Part shown: positions 57,554 to 64,000 of the stretch, one piece after another
How the letters are laid out: every line of letters begins with the position of its first letter
Numbering within the stretch: the first letter of the stretch is position 1
Origin: an uncultured Candidatus Saccharibacteria bacterium
GTDB lineage: Bacteria; Patescibacteriota; WWE3; UBA101185; 2-01-FULL-41-18
Reading direction: 5' to 3'
Length of the DNA stretch: 64,000 nt
Assembly (NCBI GenBank): GCA_964636285.1
Contig: CAZWQF010000003.1
Coordinates: forward strand, 69,226 to 133,225
Notes under the pieces: generated by a model
The model's database searches: none
The model's input: the letters and a program-made list of their open reading frames with translations, nothing else
Told to the model about the DNA's origin: nothing
Program-made: the position numbers and the translations under genes

Positions 57554-58081
57554 TTAAGCCTGCGAGGTGAAGTTTGAATAAACATCCTGAACATCGTCAT
57601 GATCATCCAAAGCTTCAAGCAAGGCTAGAATCTTTTCCGGGTTTTCAAGTGGTACCTCAAAAAGCGGGTTTTCAGGGTCTTGAAAGATATATGCAGCGCT
57701 TCCTGATTCGCCTAGAGAACCGCCATGCCTGTTAAAAAGATTTCTAATTTCTGAAACCGTTCTGTTTTTGTTATCAGTAAGCACTTTTACTACAATAGCA
57801 ACGCCATCAGGTCCATAACCTTCATATGTGATTTCTTCCAAACTCCCTTCGCCACCTCCTATTGCCTTCTGAATTGCCCTGTCTATGTTTTCTTTTGGCA
57901 TTCGTGCCTCCTTGGCTTTTTCAATGGCAAGTCTTAAGGATGGATTCATATCAGGATCTCCCCCACCCTTCTTTGCAGCCAAAGTTATCAGTCTTGAAAC
58001 TTTTGTGAAGACTTGGCTTCTTTTTGAATCATTTACTGCCTTATCTCGTTTGATTGTTGCCCATTTTGAATGTCCACTCAT
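57554..58081 (-). CDS. yebC: YebC/PmpR family protein (short form)
   Basis: MSGHSKWATIK, YEGYGPDG, TDNKNRT, DDVQDVYSN. Confidence 0.92.
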   Translation of the reverse strand: MSGHSKWATIKRDKAVNDSKRSQVFTKVSRLITLAAKKGGGDPDMNPSLRLAIEKAKEARMPKENIDRAIQKAIGGGEGSLEEITYEGYGPDGVAIVVKVLTDNKNRTVSEIRNLFNRHGGSLGESGSAAYIFQDPENPLFEVPLENPEKILALLEALDDHDDVQDVYSNFTSQA

Positions 58082-58170
58082 GCTAGTTATTCTAACAAAT
58101 TAAAAGATAAAGACAATTTTGTGAAAGCATAACCTTGACAAAAGGCACTCTATAATTTAGTTTCTTACTC

Positions 58171-58863
58171 ATGCCAAACACGGTAGAAAAACTGGAAGCA
58201 GAAGCTATACAGGCGGCACTAAGTAAAGACTGGAAAAAAGCAGTAAAGCTTAACTCCGAAATTGCAGATTTTGATTCTGAAAACATACCCGCATTAAACA
58301 GACTCGCAAAGGCACATATTGAGCTTGAGGCCTTTGAAGAGGCAAAGAAGATACTTAAAAAAGTACTTAAGCTTGACCCTATTAACCTTACAGCTAAAAG
58401 AAATATGGATCTTGCCGTTGAGCATAAGAAAGTGCTTGGTAATGTTTCTTCTGATGAAATCAAAAACTTCATTAAGGAGCCAGGGACTTCAAAGGAATTC
58501 ACTTTTCAGATCATGACCAAAGGCATAACAGCAAAAAAGTTCTATCTGGGTGAGCCCCTTGAAATTGTTGTTGAAGGGCATAGGGTGTCAGTTCACAAGG
58601 TTTCAGGTGAGCTTATTAGTATCTTTGATCCTGTTACAGCTGAAAAAATAATTGCCTGTAAAAAAAGAGGCGGAGGTATTAAATCAACTTTCCTTTACGG
58701 TGACGAAAAAGAAGTTACTGTCATGGTTAAGGCTTCAATACCGCTCTTTAAAACCGAAAAGCAGGAACTTAAACCATATCTTAAAAGAGAAAATATTGAA
58801 GAGCAGGACAATGAAAACCAGCAAGCTGAAGCCGAAGAAACCGAAGGACCATCACCCTACTAA
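58171..58863 (+). CDS. TPR-repeat protein
   Basis: WKKAVKLN...ALNRLAKAHIEL...A..I.KKVLKLDP.N; acidic tail. Confidence 0.8.
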   Translation: MPNTVEKLEAEAIQAALSKDWKKAVKLNSEIADFDSENIPALNRLAKAHIELEAFEEAKKILKKVLKLDPINLTAKRNMDLAVEHKKVLGNVSSDEIKNFIKEPGTSKEFTFQIMTKGITAKKFYLGEPLEIVVEGHRVSVHKVSGELISIFDPVTAEKIIACKKRGGGIKSTFLYGDEKEVTVMVKASIPLFKTEKQELKPYLKRENIEEQDNENQQAEAEETEGPSPY

Positions 58864-58867
58864 AATG

Positions 58868-59887
58868 CTATCTTAAATCTTCATCCGTTAACACTCTTGA
58901 TGTATCAGCTACTGGGCTGGGTGCTTGCACTTTTGGCTGAGTCAAATTTGCTGGCACTGCTTGCGGTTTAACCTGTGGTGCTGGAGCAACAGGTCTTGGC
59001 TGTGCAGGTCTTGGAGCACTTGCAACTGCCGAATGCCCAGTGTTATTAAACTGATGTGGTGCTTTTTGGACTGAGGTTTGCCTCTGTCCTGTATTTGGCT
59101 TATGCCCTGCCGCATACTTATTTGCGTGTGCTGATTGCGCAGACTTTTGAGCTGGCTTTGACGCCTGAATTGGTTTTGGTTTTGGCTGATCTATGACTTG
59201 AGAAACTTCAACAACTACTGGCGCTTCTGCCAAAACATCAGGCTTTGGCTCTGATGCAGATGCTAAGGAAGGCTCAACTTGCTGATTTAAAACCGATGCC
59301 ACAGCAATACTACTTACTGGCTTAATCTCTTTAGTTTGCATAGGCTCAATCGTCAAACTGTTTACAGCCTCATGTGTTTTTTTTGCGCCCATTTCTTTTC
59401 CGTCTAAAATTTCAATAGTTGCAAAAGGTGCATATTTTTCTTCAAGAGGTATTTGAACAGTAACAACACTCCCATCCTTACCCTCAAAGTATTCCATTGC
59501 AGCATCCGATACTCTGTAAGATGCATCTGCGGTTACGGCATGCCACTTTCCTTCTTTTTTGGCGATGATCCCCTCTGTTCTGTATCTTTTAACCCTTTCA
59601 ATTTGCTTAAACTTTTTGTCTCCGTTCTCCTCAACCATTTTAATTGTGTCGCCATAAACAAGCATTGATTTTGCTGAGTAGTTAGCCGGTATTTCAATCT
59701 TGACTCCTTCGGTCGTCACCATTGAGTCCCCAATAAATTTTCCGACTGTACCTGGTGTTGAGCTCTCGGCTTTTGTGTCTTTAACTTGAAGCTCAAGATC
59801 TTTGAGCATTGTCCTTGCAAGGTTTATCGATGCAGCGGCGCTGGCCAGTGCATTATTAATTTGATGAAATTTGGTATTTAGATCCAT
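58868..59887 (-). CDS. Hypothetical protein with P/Q/A-rich C-terminus
   Basis: N-terminal helix; PANYSAKSMLVYGD..K; FKQIERV; long low-complexity tail. Confidence 0.7.
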   Translation of the reverse strand: MDLNTKFHQINNALASAAASINLARTMLKDLELQVKDTKAESSTPGTVGKFIGDSMVTTEGVKIEIPANYSAKSMLVYGDTIKMVEENGDKKFKQIERVKRYRTEGIIAKKEGKWHAVTADASYRVSDAAMEYFEGKDGSVVTVQIPLEEKYAPFATIEILDGKEMGAKKTHEAVNSLTIEPMQTKEIKPVSSIAVASVLNQQVEPSLASASEPKPDVLAEAPVVVEVSQVIDQPKPKPIQASKPAQKSAQSAHANKYAAGHKPNTGQRQTSVQKAPHQFNNTGHSAVASAPRPAQPRPVAPAPQVKPQAVPANLTQPKVQAPSPVADTSRVLTDEDLR

Positions 59888-59903
59888 TTGATCTTTCCTT
59901 TCT

Positions 59904-62513
59904 TTAAACTACTTGGTTACCACTTTCGGGTTGATCCACTACATTGGCTTCATGGCCTTGATCAACAGGCACTGAAGGCTGCGACGGCTGGGAAGCATTA
60001 ACTGCTTCTGCAGCAAGCTTGGCATCTTCAAGGGCTTTTTTTCTTCGGTTTTCTTCGGCTATTGCCATCCCTAGATCAAATTTTCTTTCAACCCAAGCTC
60101 TAATCTTTTCCTCAACATATTCCCTCTCCTGTCCATATTTTTCTCTGCTGAGCTCAATTGCCCTAGGTCCGTTTCCTGTATTTCCTGTAATTCTTGTTAA
60201 CGAAAAAGCCGAAAACGGCGAAGATGTCATTCCATCTATCATGAGCTTTAAGTACATATGCTGTCTTTCCTGATTAATTAAATCGTTTGGAGTAAACACA
60301 GGCTCGTATTCTCTTCCTATGACCTCTGCATCAGGCGCACCTATTGCAAGGGCAATCATTGTCCCTACATTACCAAAAACTGCACCTAGGACCTCCTCAG
60401 GAACCTGAGAGGTATACTGGTGGGTCACATGAAGCGCAAGTTTATATTTTCTAGCTTCGGATAAAATTGACTCAAAACTTCCAGACGCAAAATTCTGAAA
60501 CTCGTCAACAAACAAATAGAATGGAATTCTTTGAGCTTCAGGAACTTTTGCCCTTTGCATTGCACCAAACTGCATTCTTGAAACCAAAAGCGATCCAAGA
60601 AGATTTGCGTTGTCATCTCCAATTTTTCCTTTTGAAAGGTTGATGAAGAAAATCTTGTTTGTGTTCATGATATCGTCAATTCTGATTGTGGACTTTGGCC
60701 TACCCAAAATGTTTCTAATTGTTGATGATGAAAGGAATCTACCAATCTTGTTCTGAATTGGTGCAACCGCTTCTGTAACAAGCTTGGAATTGCCTTTCAT
60801 ATCCATAAATTCTTTTGCCCAGAATTCTTTTATGACCGGATCTTTAACGTAATGCAAAATAAATTTTCGGTAGTTATCGTCAGTTAAAAGCCTTGTGATG
60901 CCTAAAAGCGTTGTCCCTTCGACTTCCAAAAGTGTTAAGACTGAAATATTCAAAAGGTACTCTAGCCTTGGACCCCAGGACATAGTTCCAAAGTGCTGCT
61001 TTATTGCGGACACAATTCCTGATGCCATAAGATTCTTTTGACCAGAATCAAGTACCTCAAGCATATTGAGAGCTACTGGCCGCTCTTCATCCGAGGGGTC
61101 AAAAATAACTACATCATCAAGCCTATGATCAGGAACCATCTCTAAAAGCTCATCTATAAGCGTTCCGTGAGGATCCATGACGCCTACTCCCTTTCCGTTT
61201 CTCATATCCTGAATGATCATATTTCTAAAAAGCTGAGACTTTCCAGAACCGGTCTTTCCAATAAGATACATGTGCCTAAGCCTATCCTCGTCTTTAATTC
61301 CAAACTCAGTCTGCTTGTTTCTAAAGTTAGTGACTCCTAAAATTGTGCTTCCTTCTTGAGGAAGATTAAGCGGTGGCTCCCCTTTCTTTGCAGCAGACCA
61401 AGCAATTGTTGGCGTTTCAACTGCTGAAGTTGGCAAATGGAAAACCGAAGCAAGCTCTTCTACATTCAAAACATATGTTCCAGGCCCGTATACTCTTTTT
61501 TGGTACATATCAATAAATTCTTCATTGGAATCGTATGCGCTGACTGACACAAATCCGTTTAAATTAGCGGTCGAAAACTGTTTTAACGAAGCGATAATGG
61601 ATCGCAACCTCATCTCCGCCATGTCTTTTGAACCTGCAACTGCAACAACTCTAATTGTGGTTTCAAAACCCATCTTGGTTAGTTTGTTTTCAATTGCTTT
61701 GATCTCAAGCTCTTGCCCAGGTGAAAGTCTAACCATTGGCGTTGCGGACCCTCCTGGCTTGGCATTTTGTGGCGAAGTAGGATCGGCATAAGCCGGAGTG
61801 CCTATTCGTTTAAAAGTTAGCATTATTACCTCAACAATTTCTTTCAGGAACGGTTCAAAAATGTTTCCATAACTCTTAACCAGAGTTCCCTCTCTTAATT
61901 TTTTGACATACTCGTGACCTTCCTCCTGCCATGTGTCAGGGACTGGTCTTACAAGTACCTGAAACCAAAGCTCCTCTTTGCTTCTTATTTCAGAAAGTGC
62001 AGAAGTAATTGCAGAAATGGGGTCTACTTCAAAGTCTTTAAATGTTTTTATTGGGAAAAACTGAGGTCTTGAAAGAGTTATCTCTGCACCCATGAAGACC
62101 TGATCACTTCTATCTCTCTTTGTGACATAGTCCTCACATTCTTTAATAGTTGCATCGGGATACTGAGCATAAATTTGGCTTTCAATGAAAGACCTGATTA
62201 CTGGGGGAACTGCAACATAAAATCTAATTCCCTCCGGTGAGGACTCAATCTCAAATGAAAACTGCTCTTGATCTTCTGGAGTCATTTTTAAAAGTCCGTG
62301 TAGAGAAGCGAACATGTTTTCAGATGCTATAGGAGCTGTTTTTAACTCTTCAGAAGTTTTTATTTCATCGGATTTTCTTGGAACTTTTATCTCCAAAATC
62401 ACGTTTTCGTATGCTTTATTTGAGAATGTTCCAGTTTTATTGCGCAAAGATCTATAGGCTAATACAGCAGACACTAGAATAACAACAGCGGGTATAAGAA
62501 TTGTTAACGGCAT
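59904..62513 (-). CDS. VirD4/TraG/HerA-like P-loop ATPase with N-terminal membrane anchor
   Basis: RHMYLIGKTGSGKS (Walker A), DPHG, LFVDEFQNF (Walker B), SEARKY, HQY..Q, GNVGT. Confidence 0.85.
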   Translation of the reverse strand: MPLTILIPAVVILVSAVLAYRSLRNKTGTFSNKAYENVILEIKVPRKSDEIKTSEELKTAPIASENMFASLHGLLKMTPEDQEQFSFEIESSPEGIRFYVAVPPVIRSFIESQIYAQYPDATIKECEDYVTKRDRSDQVFMGAEITLSRPQFFPIKTFKDFEVDPISAITSALSEIRSKEELWFQVLVRPVPDTWQEEGHEYVKKLREGTLVKSYGNIFEPFLKEIVEVIMLTFKRIGTPAYADPTSPQNAKPGGSATPMVRLSPGQELEIKAIENKLTKMGFETTIRVVAVAGSKDMAEMRLRSIIASLKQFSTANLNGFVSVSAYDSNEEFIDMYQKRVYGPGTYVLNVEELASVFHLPTSAVETPTIAWSAAKKGEPPLNLPQEGSTILGVTNFRNKQTEFGIKDEDRLRHMYLIGKTGSGKSQLFRNMIIQDMRNGKGVGVMDPHGTLIDELLEMVPDHRLDDVVIFDPSDEERPVALNMLEVLDSGQKNLMASGIVSAIKQHFGTMSWGPRLEYLLNISVLTLLEVEGTTLLGITRLLTDDNYRKFILHYVKDPVIKEFWAKEFMDMKGNSKLVTEAVAPIQNKIGRFLSSSTIRNILGRPKSTIRIDDIMNTNKIFFINLSKGKIGDDNANLLGSLLVSRMQFGAMQRAKVPEAQRIPFYLFVDEFQNFASGSFESILSEARKYKLALHVTHQYTSQVPEEVLGAVFGNVGTMIALAIGAPDAEVIGREYEPVFTPNDLINQERQHMYLKLMIDGMTSSPFSAFSLTRITGNTGNGPRAIELSREKYGQEREYVEEKIRAWVERKFDLGMAIAEENRRKKALEDAKLAAEAVNASQPSQPSVPVDQGHEANVVDQPESGNQVV

Positions 62514-62561
62514 TTCCTCTCCTGCTCAGCTCCAATTCTTGCTTTCAAAAAGCTTTTAACA

Positions 62562-62586
62562 GCCCCACCCTAATTTGGGGTGGGGC
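62562..62586. terminator. GC-rich hairpin between the LCP gene and the ATPase gene
   Basis: GCCCCACCCT-AATTT-GGGGTGGGGC; weak U-tract. Confidence 0.5.
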
Positions 62587-62616
62587 AAAGAAAGGAGAGA
62601 GACCAAGCTTTTTATA

Positions 62617-63720
62617 TCATAGCGATGAGGCGTAGTCAATTCCCAGAATGACAACAATATCGGCCCCTACTATGTTTTCGTTGACCATTTTTTTACCTGC
62701 TTCACTGCTCACAACATTCTTGATTCCAAGCTGTGAGGACACCAGTTTTGCGGTTTTTGAATCGAGATTATCAACTACTATAAGACTCTTTTGATAGGTG
62801 TTTGAGGCATTGTCTATGCCTACTACAGAGCCCCCAAACCCTTCGATAAATCTTGACGCGTAAATCCCTAGTTTTGGAATGTCCGCACCATTCAAAATTA
62901 TGATTCTTTTGTCTTCATTTATTACGTCAGGGTCAACAAAAATGCTCTCCATCTTTTTATCAAGATCCAAAGTTTTATCAAGATCCGCTTGTTCAAGCAC
63001 CTGTGTTTTTATTTGCGAAGGGGTTGTCAGCGAAAAAAATCTTGCAACATCAAAAAACTCTCTTGGAGTTAAGTTGCTTTCAAAATTTGAGGAAATTAGG
63101 TTCAAGGATTCTTTAGCTTTGGGTAAATTCTTAAGTGCAAAAATAGAAACAAAGTCTTTTGGCTCCTCTACCCCGTAGATTTTTGAAAAGCCTTCTATGC
63201 CATCTTGATCCGTGAGAACGTACCTATCTGCTTTTCTTGCAAAAATCTTTGATAAGGTTTTATTAACTAAATCTATCCCTTTATTTTTCTCCACAAGCTC
63301 ACCAAGCGCATATGCTTTTGAGATAGTACCTCGGCCAAACCTTTCAGGAAGGTCAAGCTCAAGATCTGGTGGGACATTGTATATTAATACTTTTTTCTCA
63401 AGCGTATTAACTACTAGGTACGAAAGGCTCTTAATTTTTGAAGCGTCTTCCTCTTTATCCTCCACTTCAATGACGCTAATTGTATAGATGTTGTCTAACT
63501 TTCCGTCTGTCTTAAAAGAGGCGGCTAAAGGAGTTTTAATGATTTTATAGAAAGAAGCGCCAGCTAAAACGCCTATGGAAACAACGATTGCAAAAATAGC
63601 AAAAACAACAAGCTTCAAAAAGCTTTGGGCTTTTTTTAATATCTTAAAGCTTTTCCAAGACCTATTTTTGGATCTCTGGGTAGAGACCCTCCTGGACTTT
63701 CGGGCAGAAAGTTTTGACAT
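62617..63720 (-). CDS. LCP (LytR-CpsA-Psr)-like protein with LytR C-terminal domain
   Basis: Basic N-terminus plus TM; ISKAYALG; IIILNGA...G; DIVVILG.DY. Confidence 0.75.
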   Translation of the reverse strand: MSKLSARKSRRVSTQRSKNRSWKSFKILKKAQSFLKLVVFAIFAIVVSIGVLAGASFYKIIKTPLAASFKTDGKLDNIYTISVIEVEDKEEDASKIKSLSYLVVNTLEKKVLIYNVPPDLELDLPERFGRGTISKAYALGELVEKNKGIDLVNKTLSKIFARKADRYVLTDQDGIEGFSKIYGVEEPKDFVSIFALKNLPKAKESLNLISSNFESNLTPREFFDVARFFSLTTPSQIKTQVLEQADLDKTLDLDKKMESIFVDPDVINEDKRIIILNGADIPKLGIYASRFIEGFGGSVVGIDNASNTYQKSLIVVDNLDSKTAKLVSSQLGIKNVVSSEAGKKMVNENIVGADIVVILGIDYASSL

Positions 63721-63749
63721 AACCGGTATTATACTAATTTATTCTGAAC

Positions 63750-64000
63750 TTACAGTAAATAGTTTTGGAATTCTTGTGGCAACGGCGCGTCAAAATCCAT
63801 GGCCATTCCCGTTACGGGATGTGTAAATCTAATATTCTTTGCATGAAGCATTAATCGACCAAAAATATGTATGTCCCTTTCAAAGTTATTTACACCCGAA
63901 TAAAGATTATCTGCGGCAACGGGGTGCCCGTATGCAGCCAAATGAACTCTAATCTGGTGTGTTCTACCTGTTAATGGGTGTGCGATCAGGTATGTGTACT
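63750..64000 (-). CDS. RluA/RluD-family pseudouridine synthase, C-terminal part (runs off the window)
   Basis: Frame extended upstream reads PLTGRTHQIRVHLAAYGHPVAADNLY...LMLHA..I.F.HP. Confidence 0.9.
   Translation of the reverse strand, partial: YTYLIAHPLTGRTHQIRVHLAAYGHPVAADNLYSGVNNFERDIHIFGRLMLHAKNIRFTHPVTGMAMDFDAPLPQEFQNYLL

Noticed and set aside
62587-62605. CTCTCCTTTCT on the minus strand resembling a 16S rRNA 3' end
   Set aside because: Only a short match with no other rRNA sequence around it; likely coincidental.

Overview
AT-rich bacterial chromosome segment with the gene content of a CPR/Patescibacteria-like reduced genome (inferred; possibly WWE3/Microgenomates-related). Housekeeping genes: typA, thrS-infC-rpmI-rplT, pheST, class A PBP, tyrS, recG-rsmD-rpmF-nusB-acp-rnc, rpsP-khpA, holB-like, gyrB, ppaC, gyrA, rnhB, a guaB-family gene, a xer recombinase, yebC, a VirD4-like ATPase, an LCP protein and a partial RluA. 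These surround a ~25 kb type IV pilus region (pilB, pilT, pilC, pilD, pilMNO, 14 prepilin-like genes in the window, no pilQ/pilP seen). Main observations: (1) two tandem, diverged three-gene cassettes (membrane-anchored 4-Cys protein, ~900-aa Cys-rich secreted protein, PilX-like pilin), plus a third large-protein/PilX pair. Together these look like a modular, possibly 'split-PilX', exchangeable pilus-tip adhesin system. (2) A candidate replication terminus with a non-canonical 28-bp dif-like site beside a lone Xer gene, whose promoter carries a copy of one dif arm. (3) An acyl carrier protein homolog lacking the phosphopantetheine serine. (4) Widespread apparently leaderless promoters. No rRNA, tRNA, CRISPR array or transposase was recognised. 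All calls come from reading the sequence by eye; no database searches were run.
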